DNA of 64,000 nt from Eledone cirrhosa (Eukaryota), in assembly GCA_964016885.1 (NCBI GenBank), contig OZ024743.1, positions 146,072,001-146,136,000 on the forward strand, in the 5' to 3' direction. A program made the translations under genes and the position numbers. Shown here in pieces: positions 1 through 12,454 of this stretch (positions are counted from its first letter, which is position 1; every line of letters starts with the position of its first letter). The notes below the pieces were generated by a model. That model was given only the letters and a program-made list of their open reading frames with translations. It was not told where the DNA came from and searched no databases.

Positions 1-623
1 GCACCCTGGCACCTATAACAACGACCCCTAAACGTGCATGGGCGACTGTTCACCGTGTTTGTTGCCCTTTCGGCATTTTGCTGTCGGCTGCCCTGGGCCC
101 CCATCGCCGCTATTGCCACAACACTCTTCTTAGCATCATCCGCTATGATGCGGGCTTGCTCTACCAATGTACACATCTCCATTTCCTTGTAGCCAGGTAT
201 TTGTTGCAGTCTCACTGCGATGTCATCCCTAAAACCGTTTATAAATGCCAGCCGCACTGCACACTTGCACTCGACCTGAAACTCCACCAGCATGGCCAAT
301 CTCCTTTTCTCCGCAGCAAAAATATCCACACGCTGACCTTCCCACCTTATTCTTGCCATCTTGGCAAACGCGGTACATGGACCTTCCGCAAACGCCTTTA
401 TCATACGCTGTTCAATTTTTTGCATGTCCCTCTGGCTGATTTCGTCCATCTCGAGGTACAATGCTAGCGCATCCCCCTCGAGCTATAGCGCCATGAGACC
501 GGCCACATCGTCTATCTTTTGTAGCTTGGCGACCACCCCAACCTTTCGCATCCAAGCGATAACATCTCCTTCACCGGTAAAAGCTTTAAGTACTTCACCG
601 CTCAACCGTAAACTCGTTGCCAT
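1..623 (-). pseudogene. gag: Degraded gag of an LTR retrotransposon (Ty3/Gypsy-like); continues beyond the window start
   Basis: The minus strand reads MATSLRLSGEVLKAFTGEGDVIAWMRKV..KLQKIDDVAGLMAL*LEGDALALYLEMDE, then after a frameshift TFRGRCYRCQG (start of a CCHC zinc knuckle) at the window edge. It lies downstream of a candidate LTR. Confidence 0.75.
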
Positions 624-727
624 CTCTTTAGTCCTGTGGTAAGCTCGCGGTAAGTGATAAAACAAGATTCTTTCTTTTTTTTTTTTTTTTTTTTTTCAAT
701 TGTACGTCTTCATATGCCGAAATAGCT

Positions 728-1013
728 TGTGGTGAGAAAGCTATTCCACTTACCGTGAGTCTGCTTGTTCACTCCAAGCCGGGCATCAATCTCCGTCGTT
801 ATAATCAAGTCGCCAAGCTGCAGCTTAATCCGGTACGTCCGTCTTGCTCCAAGTCGCTGTGAGAGATACCTTATGGACGCAACCTACAGATGCCACCTCG
901 GAAACGCATAGCCCCAGCCTACGGACGCCGCCTCAAACACATCTCGCCTCACTCCTCCTTCGCCTCCGGTCAAGCATCCCACATCTGACGTCACCTCCCC
1001 ACACAGCCCCACA
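728..1013 (-). mobile_element. Candidate 5' LTR of the gag-bearing element
   Basis: GC-rich block that begins TGTGG and ends CCACA on the minus strand (TG...CA inverted termini), directly upstream of gag. Confidence 0.55.
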
Positions 1014-1814
1014 GTAACATTGAAGAAATGTTTATTTTCTGTATATGAAAGTAAATCAAGAGGCAAAGGTATTTCTAACAAATTCACATGAGATGTTGAC
1101 TCTTTTCTATACATATGTGATTGTATCTCTTATACTCAACCATAATCGTTGGACTATTTCTCAAAAGATAGTAGTTTTGAAGCTCTGACAGACATTGAAA
1201 TAACTTGTTGGAGCAACTTTTTCTTTTTGATTCTTAATCCTTTAGCTACTACAATGATATATATGTCGTTTATCAAATAATTGCTACACTGACACATACA
1301 TTGCCTTTATAGATGAAGGTTAAAATTTGTTTAATTTTGTTGTATCAACTGGAGATTGCTAGAGCCATTGGCTCTTTACATTTTGAGTTTAAATCCTGCT
1401 GATGTCAACTTTGCCTTCCATAATTCTGGAGTGAATAAAACAAAGTGCTAATCAAAATTCGTGACCTTGTGCTGATATTAGAAATGATTGTATGATAACT
1501 AGTAATCACTGCCATAACTAGAAGTGTTTTTATCAACTTAGACAAAGTTACAAAAGCAATTTTGTCTATGTTGAGGACTCAAATGGTTTTTTCCTCAAAA
1601 TGTGATATCGCAGATGAGGTAAGCCAAAGGTTGGTGGATTCTGATGATTCTTTAAGTTACTCAAAACCTGAAGATCATTTAAATGAATCCAATTTTGATG
1701 CTCTGACTTTAGACTGTGGAAGTGATAATAATTGTTTCTACTTTTGGCACAAGACCAGCAATTATTCCAGTGTATTACTGGTACTTTATTGAAAGTGATA
1801 ATAATAATAATAAA

Positions 1815-2985
1815 TAGGTAGTGGGTAATGGATATTGGCTATGGTCATTACTCCAGGGAGTGACAACCCTGTCTGTCACAAGTCCTAGGCTCAGCTGGCT
1901 CCAGCTGACAGCACCTGGTATGGATCCCTCACTAGAGTTTTGGAATAACAAATCTCTGTGATCAAGAAACACCCGGTTAATATCTGAATCGGTTCAGTCC
2001 ATGTTACATTGGTTGGCGGAGCTCTTTAGTTTTGGCTGACAATCCTCCTAAATAAATACATCAATAGTAGTGCAACTAAACACCCATTGTTGCACTTGAA
2101 TGATGTTTACATTATAGAGAGGAGGGCCTCTGTAGCCCTGGTTAGCAGCCCTCCTAGAGATGGTGTCTTGATAAAAATACTGTTGGTGGTGGCACACTAT
2201 ATAAATAACTTCATCATGAGTGAAAATGCTAGAAACTAATAATATAGAATCCCCTGAAACTGGTAGTGGAAGCATTGAAGCAGGCTCCTTGATAGCCCGT
2301 AGAGTTAAAACTCTTAGGGATGGAAGGCATGTGATGCAAGAGTAGGTTCATGCCAATCATCATCCTATCACTATGAATAAAACCTTTAGTTTAGGAAAAA
2401 AATTAAATAGATGAAAGAGCTCAACATGATCATGCTATTGCATAAGCAACCCAGCCAGAGCAAGATTTAGAAAAAGGATGTTAAATACAGGTTAAGGACT
2501 TGGAGTGGAAACAACTGAATGAAAGAAATTGGTTTGGCAGGTGAACTCCATTAAAAGTAATGGCTACTTATTAAATCAAGAGCTGCAAGAGATAAGAAAT
2601 GACTGTTGATTACTAAGCAGAGAATAACAAAATAGAAAGGCAAGAGAAATTATCCAGAACCACTGGGACAAAGGAACCTAAGATGATAATGAAGTGTTTC
2701 TTCATGAATAAATCAATCTAGAATTGGCACAAAGTTGTTATCATCCTAATTGTAATATGAGCTTTAGGGACAGTGGCTAGAAGTTTTAATAGCTGGTTGA
2801 AGATGTTGGGTATAGAAGTAAATTTTCTGACTCTACAGATGCCTTGTTTGCTTGGCACAGCAAAAACCATATGAAAGGTGCTAGATACCTAAGACTGCAG
2901 GAGACAGTTTTATATCTTGCCATCCAAATATCTACAGAGGAACAAAGAAATGCTGAGTAGGGACAATTTTATTAATAATAATAAT
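1815..2985 (+). mobile_element. Degenerate R4/Dong-like (restriction-like endonuclease) non-LTR retrotransposon remnant
   Basis: 2733-2892 translates to VVIILIVI*ALGTVARSFNSWLKMLGIEVNFLTLQMPCLLGTAKTI*KVLDT*, matching the typical C-terminus of R4/Dong REL elements. (TAA)n runs flank it at ~1800 and ~2975. The 5' boundary is approximate. Confidence 0.6.
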
Positions 2986-3974
2986 TTCTTGCATCCAACG
3001 TTAGGTGAAGGATTGGCAAAATGCCTGTAATATTTAGTTACAGCTTTTTACATTCTGAGTTCAAACTGCAACAGCATTACATTCTCTCAGGAGAAAAAGT
3101 GTGACCTTTTGATAAAAGTCTCTCTTAAAATCTTAGTATTTAGATATATTCATCTTTTTATCTATTTTTATTGTTATAGATAAAAATTTCTGTCAACTCA
3201 TTTCCTGTGAAGTAAGGGCTAACATTCTTTAGATGCCAGTAAAAGCTATAAGTAAACTTTTACATAAACACCTGTCTTGCATTCAGGTAGAAATATTTGT
3301 ATTTCCTCGCTCTATTTTTATTTCTTCAGAGGGGAAAGAATATTTAAAAAAAACATTAAAAAGAACTCAAATCCCCCTAAAGCCATACTGATACTCATAT
3401 AATTAAAAATGATTTCAAATTGAATAAATGAGCCAATTACACCGGTTTGGCATAGAGTTAAGAAAATACTGAATAATTTCAAAAGGTTTTGAAGGTCAGA
3501 TTCATTTAAAACACTAAAAAACAAAGGAAAGATTGTAATGAAATCTCCATGGGTGGGAAAACCCTAGCTTTGTCCTCCCTCCCCACTCTGATATCTGAAA
3601 AACAAGTGATTTCTGATGAGTTTGGAGGACAGAATCGTTGAAAACACACAGAAAAAAAAAGACAAGGAAAAATTTTCTACTTGAACAGGTGTACTTGTAT
3701 AAATTTACCAAATTATAAGAAGTTCCTATATGATGGCTTTGAGGCCAACTGCAGTAGTTGCTATTCTAAACAAGAGTTTTAATCCAAGTAGAAGTATCTC
3801 AGCCATTAAGTTGTCTAGGGCTAATAGTATGAGTACATACCAGTAATATACTTGGTATATGATGATAGTAAACCCCCTCCCCAACCGTTTATATGTGGCT
3901 CAACCTTGGAGGATCTGCTTGTTATTAATGGCAACAGGTAGTTGAATTTCACCACCACTATTACTAACAGCATT

Positions 3975-3976
<2 letters not shown>

Positions 3977-4022
<46 letters not shown>

Positions 4023-4040
4023 TTGCTACCGCTGCTGCTG
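3977..4040. repeat. (CTA)n/(CTG)n microsatellite
   Basis: Read directly from the sequence; it explains the poly-Leu ORF 3942..4154. Confidence 0.95.
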
Positions 4041-4105
4041 CTAGCTTATTCTAGTACCAGATTTCCCATATCTGCCTCTCAGTCCCTTCTGTGGCTGGTA
4101 ATAAT

Positions 4106-4285
4106 TGTTTCTACGTTTGGCACAAGGCCAGCTACTATCCCAGTGTATTACTGATACTTTATTTTATCGACCCTGTAAGGATGAAAGGCAAAGTTAACCT
4201 CGGCGGGATTTGAACTCAGAATGGCAAGGGCCGGAACTCAATGCGTCAAAGCATGGCGTCCGACCCTCTACCGATACTGCCAATT
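4106..4285 (-). mobile_element. tRNA-derived SINE, MetaSINE-like core (family A)
   Basis: The minus strand has a B-box (GAGTTCAAATCCC) and the core GCCTTTCATCCTTACAGGGTCGATAAAATAAAGTA. An 11-bp TSD, CTGGTAATAAT, lies at 4095-4105 and 4286-4296. Confidence 0.8.
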
Positions 4286-5723
4286 CTGGTAATAATAGAA
4301 GTCAGCAAGCCTGCATTGGCAAATGAAATTATCATTCTATGATAATCTGTAGAATTTAATGGAGACAAGTGATAACGTGTGGTAGCAAGAGGGATTTTAG
4401 TAAATTCTTTGGAAGGGGTCCCTTCTCACTTTTCTTCCCCATTCCTGAGCTAAGAAGTGTGCTTCTATATAGCTACTTGACATGCCAAATACAGCAGTCC
4501 TCCTTTAACAAACTCCGTGTTCTCTTTTAAATGAGAACCATATGGTTTAAGTCCTTAATTTCATGACACGTGCTGACTAGGAATAAAAACTCAACAACAA
4601 CAACTTTAGCAATGAGCAAGGCGCCACCCACCACCACTACCTATTTTATTTTTATTTTTTAACCCATATTTCTAATGAAATACTTTGTATTTTAATCAAA
4701 TAATAAAGAATTTGGGAAGTATTTACTAAAATTATAATTTCATTAAGATGATATTTGTAACAATAAAATGTTCTTATATTAAAATTATGTTGGAAGGTTT
4801 AAATTTAAGTAGGAATCCTTTAAAATAGAAGGCTTGTTTCATAGAAACAGGGGCAGTTTTGGGCTGGTTAATATAAAAAGGGTTAAAGATAGTTTGTTGT
4901 TGCTGAAGGGATCTATGATCAAAGAGGCTCTAGCTTTGACTACCTGGTCCTTCTCTTGGGCATTGCATACCTAAGACTTCATTATCAAGTGTGTGCCTCC
5001 CTTACCAAGAGAGTAAGGTGTGATATGTAGAAGTTTACTCTTCATTCATATTTTATATTTAGGACCAAGCTAAACACATAAGGTAGATTGGAAAGGTCCC
5101 ACTTAAATTTTAATGGATAAATTCAAAGTTGTAAAAAAGATTCGTTTTCTTCTCCTTTATTCAAATACAAATACATGTTAAGTAAAAAAAATACAAAAAA
5201 AGGAAATAAAATAAAATACTGGTTTTAATTTTAGAAATTTTTTATTAAAGATTTCTAAAACAAATATTTTTATAAAAAAAAAAGAAATAGATTTAAATTG
5301 CTTTTTTTTCTGTACTCCACCTCTTCAGTAAATGTCATTAAATATAGTTTTTATATATATTTTCTTAAGATCAGACCTATATTCATATGTGATTCTTCCC
5401 TTGCTGCTGAAATACTGTCCATAGGTTGAACCAAACAAGGCTGAAATAAAAGCCTTAACACAAACATACTGGTAATGTTCTTACTCCCATCTCTTTCTCT
5501 GTCTTCCACTTTAATTTCCACCCCTTTACACACTCACACACATAAAGATAACAACGCTACCAAGGCCTCTTAAAATGGCAGTAGTAGTGTGTCCTAGAAA
5601 ACAGTGAATTCCCTTTTTGGGTAAATAAAGTTAAACACATGTTTTTCTAATTCTTAAAAGCAGAATAGGATTTAGAAATAATATTAATGATAGTGATCAC
5701 AATGAAAACATTTTGTTATTCAA

Positions 5724-5764
5724 GATGATGATGATGATGATGACACTGATAATAATAATACTAC

Positions 5765-5800
<36 letters not shown>

Positions 5801-5810
5801 TAATAACAAT
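5724..5810. repeat. (GAT)n/(AAT)n microsatellite
   Basis: Read directly from the sequence. Confidence 0.95.
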
Positions 5811-7040
5811 GATAGTAACTAGAAAAATAGAAGCAGCAACTCCAAGTAAGAAATTAAGATGCAGGTCACTTAATCTGAGTTGTCATTCACAACCCATTAC
5901 ACACTTCAGCTTGATGCAACAATTCACACTTGTTTGACAAATGGACAGGAGGGCTGCATTAGACACACTCAAACACACCTATTGTATCTATATATTGAAT
6001 ATATGTATTTATGTGTGTGTCTATATATATATATATATATACACACACTGTCTATTATCCATGGTGGCATGGGTTTGGTGATTTGATGTAGTTTGAAACT
6101 AGTTGTTCTGCTTGTACATTCCATCTTTGGTATTGTTTCTAAAGTTGGATGCCCTTCCTAACGGCCACTTATAGTGTACAGGGTAGATTTTATTGTGGCA
6201 CCAGCATTTGAGGGATCATAGTGACACCAGTATGACAAAGAGAGGGTGAGAGATGGGTGGGAGAGGAATTGTGGAAGTGACAATGGTAGCTATATATTTA
6301 TTACTAAAAGAGTGGTCGAGAACAGGAACAAGTGTTTCTCCACAGGTGTGAACTTCGTGAGCTGGAATTGGTCATCCAACGTGTCTCCCTTATCAAACTC
6401 CAAGGAAACGTCTTCTCTATTCTGTCCTCTAGGGTCACGGAGCAACCAGTTTGCCATGACCGGGGGGGGGGGGGGGGGGGGGGGTCAGCGCGTGGGTCTC
6501 CATTTGCTCACACTAGTGAGAAATGGGGTGAGCGGGTGCGATGGAGGCAGTGTCAGTGAAAGTTTGGTTCTTTTGTGTTCGGATCTGGTGTGTATATGTG
6601 TATATAAGAGAGAATGAGTATTTGGTAGTAACTCTATCACTTAACCTTGTACCTTCTAATTTCATGTAAATTTATAAACATGTGTTGTTATATAAATAAA
6701 CCAAGGTAAATGTGAAAGTGTTAGGTGTTGGATGTTGTTGGAAATGACTGGCAGCTTAGACAGACTTGTAGTGGGGTGAAGTGGTATAGAATCATAAATT
6801 TGTAGGCAGGGAGATGGACTGGATATATACAGAATTAAGAGTATCCTTCTTTATGTGGATAGAATTGAGCAATGAACATAGCAGTAGAAGTCTGACAGAT
6901 CCCAAGCTGAGAGAAGGTGAATGAGAGTTTCAAAAGAAATATGTGTATAAACATGCGTAATATATATACATATGGCTGTGTGGTTAAGGAGTTTGCTCTA
7001 CAACCATATCGTCTTGGGTTCTATCTTGTGTGTGTGTATG

Positions 7041-7316
7041 TACATTAATAATACAATATGAAGGCTAGATTTCATAACTTCTTCGATAACAAAATTAGCC
7101 ATAATACATATTTTTGTGGTGAAATTGTTACATCATGATATCTTGATGCAATCTATGACGACATTTTCAGATGTAATGTAATGTATTGATATAGAGACAG
7201 ACTTGTATTTGAATGGTATCATAACATAACCATTTCACCACAAAAATATGTATTATGGCCAATTGCATAATTGAAGAAGTTATGAAATCAAGCCTTCATG
7301 TAGTGTTATTAATGTA
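7041..7316. repeat. Diverged inverted repeat (~100-bp arms, ~75-bp spacer)
   Basis: GCCATAATACATATTTTTGTGGTGAAAT (~7098) is the reverse complement of ATTTCACCACAAAAATATGTATTATGGC (~7232). The match extends outward with mismatches. Confidence 0.85.
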
Positions 7317-7626
7317 TTTAACTCCATTCTGTGCTACTCATGCGATACCATATCAAAATTGCTAGAATACACATGATGCTGTGTGCTTTTTACTCATTAC
7401 ACCATGATTTGATAATTGGAGTGACACAATTACAGCCCCAGGTACCAATTAGGAAACACTGTATAATGCAAGTATATGTATGTGTGTATTTATATATATA
7501 TATATAGTAATAATAATAAATTTGAAGACTAAAATCCAAAGAGGGCTCGATAAGGATAAATATATATCAAATATATAAGAACCGTAGAGCAGCGATTCTT
7601 TGCTTAAACTTTAATCTGTTATTTTA

Positions 7627-7666
<40 letters not shown>

Positions 7667-7673
<7 letters not shown>

Positions 7674-8069
7674 CAAATATTAATAAAATAGATGTTCCTG
7701 TGATCAATTAAATTTTATTATACATATTTCAGAGGTACAACAGTACGTCCTCATCAGATAAAATAAAATGATACATGACATACCCTGAGATGTTAAATGA
7801 TTAAGATTAATCATTTAACATCTTGATTAATCTTAATCATTTAACATCTCAGGGTATGTCATGTATCATTTTATTTTATCTGATGAGGACGTACTGTTGT
7901 ACCTCTGAAATATGTATAATACAATTTAATTGATCACAGGAACATCTATTTTATTAATATTTGTATTTTAATATTAATAACTCTGGAAAATATTTTTTCT
8001 GTAGAGTGCTTCCAATCTACTGTAAAACTCATTCTTTGATGTACTCATTGAATCTTGTTTAACTCTTTA

Positions 8070-8070
<1 letters not shown>
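7667..8070 (+). mobile_element. Palindromic HHR-bearing non-autonomous element (family H1) in (TA)n
   Basis: Near-perfect inverted arms 7667-~7810 and ~7825-7970, a unique 3' tail to ~8070, and (TA)n on both sides. Confidence 0.75.
7873..7925 (+). ncRNA. Type I minimal hammerhead ribozyme motif (mirror copy 7712-7764 on -)
   Basis: ATTTTAT-CTGATGA-GGA C GTAC tgtt GTAC C TCT-GAAA-TATGTAT-A-ATA(C/A)AAT: stem I, core, stem II, near-palindromic stem III, AUA cleavage triplet. Confidence 0.75.
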
Positions 8071-8110
<40 letters not shown>

Positions 8111-8149
8111 CAGCTACACACACATACACACCTCTACACTATACGTATA

Positions 8150-8499
8150 CATCATTTCATCATTTCATCATTTCATTTTACATCCACTTTTTCCCTGCTT
8201 GCAAGGGTGGGACGGGAACTGATTCTGGCTTGATTTCTACAGCTGGATGCCCTTCCTAACACCAACCTCATTTACAGTGAGTGCTGGGTGCTTTTTTGCC
8301 GTGGCACCTCCACGATCACTTTGCAGTGGAATGATAGGGACTGGGGTCCCTATCATCTCATTTCTACAGCTGAGTAAACTGGAGCAATGTGAAATAAAGT
8401 GTCTTGCTCAAGGAAACAACACATCACCCGGTCTGAGAATTGAACTCACAACCTTTTGATTGCAAGGCCAATGCTCTAACCCCTAAGCCTTGTGCCTCC
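8150..8499 (-). mobile_element. tRNA-derived SINE with RTE-LINE 3' tail (family B)
   Basis: Reverse complement of 52435-52778. It has A/B boxes, the CCTTGAGCAAGACACTT core and the AAGGGCATCCAGCTGTAGAAA...(TGA)-type tail shared with the RTE at 42.1-43.3 kb. Confidence 0.85.
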
Positions 8500-9237
8500 A
8501 TCTGCTCTCATCTTTGAATTGTTTCACCCAATGATAAATGGTTGAATTTGCTGGAACATTGTTAATTCCACTCTCCTTCAATTGTACAATAATTGTTTCT
8601 ACTTTAGGCACAAGGCCAGCAATTACCCAGTGCATTACTGGTACTTTATTTTATCGACCCCGTAAGGATGAAAGGCAAAGTCAACCTCGGCGGGATTTGA
8701 ACTCAGATCGTAAAGGGACATAACTATGCTGGAAAGCATGGCATCCGACCCTCTACCGATACTGCCAATCTACTGCCCTATTGTACAATAATATTTGTCA
8801 ATGATTTGCCTTATTTCCATTCAATGAAAATATGTGCTCTGAACTTTTCTTGACTTAAACCCATTCTATGCATGTATTATAAACTCATATATATATATAC
8901 TTAGCATGGCATAGGCTGTGTGCCGTATATAGCAGTAAATGCAGTTAATATTAGTTGGAATTTGAACCTTGTTGTACACGTGTGATATTCTGTATGAAAG
9001 CTGTATTTTGTCACAGGCCCATGCATAATTATTTTGTTGTTATTCTTGTGAGTTTATAATACATGCATAGAATGGGTTTAAGTCAAGAAAAGTTCAGAGC
9101 ACATATTTTCATTGAATGGAAATAAGGCAAATCAGTGACAAATATTATTGTACAATTGAAGGAGAGTGGAATTAACAACGTTCCAGCAAATTCAACCATT
9201 TATCATTGAGTGAAACAATTCAAAGATGAGAGCAGAT
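8500..9237. repeat. Inverted duplication of the 5' part of a mariner remnant (arms 8500-8887 and 9049-9237)
   Basis: ATCTGCTCTCATCTTTGAATTG...ATAAACTCA is the reverse complement of TGAGTTTAT...CAATTCAAAGATGAGAGCAGAT. A SINE interrupts the left arm only. Confidence 0.9.
8594..8779 (-). mobile_element. SINE family A (MetaSINE-like)
   Basis: Same core as 4106-4285, with a 13-bp TSD ATTGTACAATAAT at 8581-8593 and 8780-8792. Confidence 0.85.
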
Positions 9238-9597
9238 CCTCACTTATTGATGCTCCTCGTTCTGGCTGTCCTTGCAAAACTACTATTCATGCCAACGTTC
9301 AACTCATTCAAAGTATCATTGCAGAATCAAAACAATCATTGCGTTGCTTTGCACATGTTATTGGAATAAATGAAGAAAATTTGTTTTCGCTTCATTAAAA
9401 AAGGTGGCGGATGAATTATTGCACTGATTTCGACAATATCCGAAAGAACAGTTCCAGAAAGAGTTAAATGCTTTGCATAAGCACTGTAAAGATGTTATTG
9501 CATTCAATGGAGATTATGTTTTGCAGAATAAATAAATTTTACTTTCAATACGTTGTGCATTTTCATTTAATGGGTTATTCTAAGAACTTTATTGCCA
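9063..9597 (+). pseudogene. Internally deleted mariner transposase remnant
   Basis: N-terminal HTH region ..KFRAHIFIEWK*GKS..TIYH*VKQFKDESRSSLIDAPRSG.. is followed, after a deletion, by the C-terminal ..LHKHCKDVIAFNGDYV. The DDD catalytic domain is missing. Confidence 0.75.
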
Positions 9598-10033
9598 TCA
9601 TCATCACCATTTAATGTCCATATCAAATGGACATTAAATGGTGATGATGATGATGATATATAGGTATATATACCCATTCGTTCTTAGAATTATTCTGAAA
9701 TGGATGTACTTATTAGCGCTCGAGTTGATAATCAATTAAGATATATAGTAAGAGGTGCACAAGCAGCAGAATGCATATATATACCCATCAAATACATGTT
9801 TCCTTATGGTTGGTTGGATGATATACATGTTTTCTGATGGGGGTTCAATAATATCTGAAAATCGATTAAAGATGTTCATCATTTTTTTAATTTACAGGGA
9901 AATTAGTATTTTCTGGCATGTTTATATATGTACAAATTCAATATGTGTATATATTTATGGATGTTGTGGTGCAGTCTCAGTTACACACTTGGTATTTTTA
10001 CAGATATAACTTTAACATATGTATATCCTTATA

Positions 10034-10260
10034 TACAGGGTAGGAAAGTCCATCCCTAGTTTTCATCAAAAATAATCATAACAAAAAATCTTCCAAGCAA
10101 TCTATTGTTTTTATTTTTTTAAATAACATGTTATATATGTTAAGAAAAATGTTCAAAATGACCACCTTCCATAGATATGCACATAGCAAGTCTCTTCATG
10201 AAATTGTTGAATGCAGCTTAAGATGGAAACAGTTGTTGCACGTTTGATAGTTTATATGGC
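10034..10260 (-). pseudogene. Tc1/mariner 3' remnant
   Basis: The minus strand reads AFNNFMKRLAMCISMEGGHFEHF (Tc1-like C-terminal GGHFEH). The terminus TA-CAGGG is at ~10034. Confidence 0.6.
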
Positions 10261-10271
10261 TTTATGCCAAT

Positions 10272-10465
10272 ATCATCATCACCGTTTTACGTCCATTCTT
10301 CCATGTTAACATGGGTTGGACGAGTTGTCCTGTTATGGGCAATGCCAGGTCAGGTGACCATGTCTTTCTCATACAGAACTGATTTTGACTTGATTTCTAT
10401 AGCTGGATGCCCTTCCTAACACCAACCTCATTTACAGTGAGTACTGGGTGCTTTTTACTGTGGCA
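10272..10465 (-). mobile_element. RTE-type LINE/SINE 3' tail
   Basis: Reverse complement of the shared AAGGGCATCCAGC...AACCCATG...GGACGTAAAACGGTGATGAT tail. Confidence 0.7.
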
Positions 10466-10469
10466 TTAT

Positions 10470-12454
10470 AAATTCTCACGAATAGTTGAATAAGGAATAC
10501 CAAGCTGACTTGATGCCTGTCTGAGAGGTGTTGATGTCTTCATCCAAACTGGGCCTTCCACTCCTCTCAAGGTTATGTACTGATACTATTTCTTTGAATT
10601 TTACAAAGCAAGCTCATATGTATACTCAAAGCAGAGACCTCACTCTCCAGTTGGTCCTCTTCGCAATCCCCACACAAGCCAGATCACTGACGATCCCAAA
10701 GAATGCACAGAACTCATTGCTGAGTGTTATGCAAGCATTTTTACTGTTGAAAACCAGAATGTACCATCTCCACCATCTCTAACATCAAATTCCATAACAA
10801 CTATGGAATTTACACCTGCAATGCTACGATGTCACCTTAAGAATAAGCGCAACTATGCCTCCCCTGGTCTTGATGGTATTGCATACCTGCTTCTCAAACG
10901 TGGCAGGTACATCCTTTTGCACCAGCTTTCTTTCTTCTTACAATACTGTCTCAACAATGGTGCTACTCCGGAGCAGTGGAAAACTGCCAGTGTCATTCCC
11001 CTGTTCAAAAAGGGCGACTGCATGTCACCTGTCAACTATTGTTCAGTCAGTCTTACTAGCTGTATGGCCAAACTGATGGAATCCTATGTCAGAGAAACAC
11101 TTTGGAACTTCTGGAGCTCTCACAGCCTCATCTGGCCCTTGCAATTTGGATTTATCCCTAACTCCAGCTGCTGTGATCAGCTTATTGAGTTCCTTGAAGA
11201 CATTACCCAGATCACTGACAGCGGCTCATGGGTGGATGTTGTTTACCTTGACTTCGCTAAGGCACACAAAAGACTTATGGCGAAACTCTCTGCAATGGAT
11301 GTGAAGGGTGATCTTTTTAACTGGTTGAAATCCTTCATTCTCAGCCGAAAAGAGGTAGTCACGGTTCTAGGACAGCATTCTTCGCCATATGAGATGTCAT
11401 CTGGTGTACCACAGGATCTGTTCTTGGTCCCCTTTTGTTTGTTGCATACATTAATGACATAGATGCCAACTTAAAGAATGCCACAGTACTGAAATATGCA
11501 GATGACATCAAGCTGTACCTTGAAATCAAAAGGACAGATCCTGAAATCTATAACTCTTTCCTACAATGAGACCTGGACACAATGCAGCAATGGATCACAG
11601 ACTGGCAACTGAAGCTGGCTGTGGACAAGTGTACCACTATGCATTTTGGGAGGAACAATCCAGCGTCCACATACTCCCTCCACAACACTGATATCAAGAA
11701 GTCCTCTTGTGAACGCGATCTGGGCATTACTGTCAGCAGCGATTTGCGTTGGACAAAGCACATCTCTAAAGTTGTCAAGAAGGCCGAGGGTGTCTTGGCA
11801 TCAATCAGCAAGACCTTTGTTAGCCACTCTCCAGCCATCTATTTAAAGCTGTATACAGCTATGGTACGACCACACTTGGAATTCACATCATCAGTCTGGA
11901 ACCCCTATCTTGCTCAGAACATCGACCTCCTGGAAACTGTTCAGAAACGTGCAACCAAGCGCATACCCTCCATCAGACACCTACCATACTCTGAATGCCT
12001 TGCTTCCCTGGGCATGGATTCATTGAAGCTCCGACGTCTGGCAATGGACTTGGTAAACACCCACAAAGTTATTAACCATCTTGCCAACAACAACCCTGAG
12101 CACCTTTTTGATCTCCATGTGTCTAACACATGTGGACATGCCTACAAAGTTAGAAAACAGCACAGCTCCCATGACTTTCGGAAACATTTTTTCTCGCTTT
12201 GAGTTGCTGAAACATGGAACAAACTGCCTGCGTCAGTTGTTAGCTGCCGAGACACTGCATCCTTTAAAACCTCCATGCTTCCCGAAATTCGCCAAAACTA
12301 CACCTGATGTCCCACTTTCATACACATGCACACGTGTATATCATGACTCATGCACTGTTCATTTTCCTGACGTTTGTACATTACCCTATGTACTATACAT
12401 ACACTTTTGATGAGTTGTAGTGCATTGTACACAATATTTTCATTATTATTATTA
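10470..12454 (+). pseudogene. 5'-truncated CR1-group LINE ORF2 (reverse transcriptase), frameshifted
   Basis: Motifs SPGLDGI, WKTASVIPLFKKG, QFGF, DVVYLDFAKA, SGVPQ, KYADD, ERDLGI, VRPHLEF, LETVQKRATK. Several frameshifts and stops; (ATT)n tail at ~12445. Confidence 0.92.

Noticed and set aside
78-642. Plus-strand ORFs 78..467, 245..439 and 361..642
   Set aside because: They are antisense to the gag remnant.
1562-1735. Acidic ORF that could be a transposase N-terminus or host exon
   Set aside because: It is too short, has no diagnostic motif and runs into a SINE fragment.
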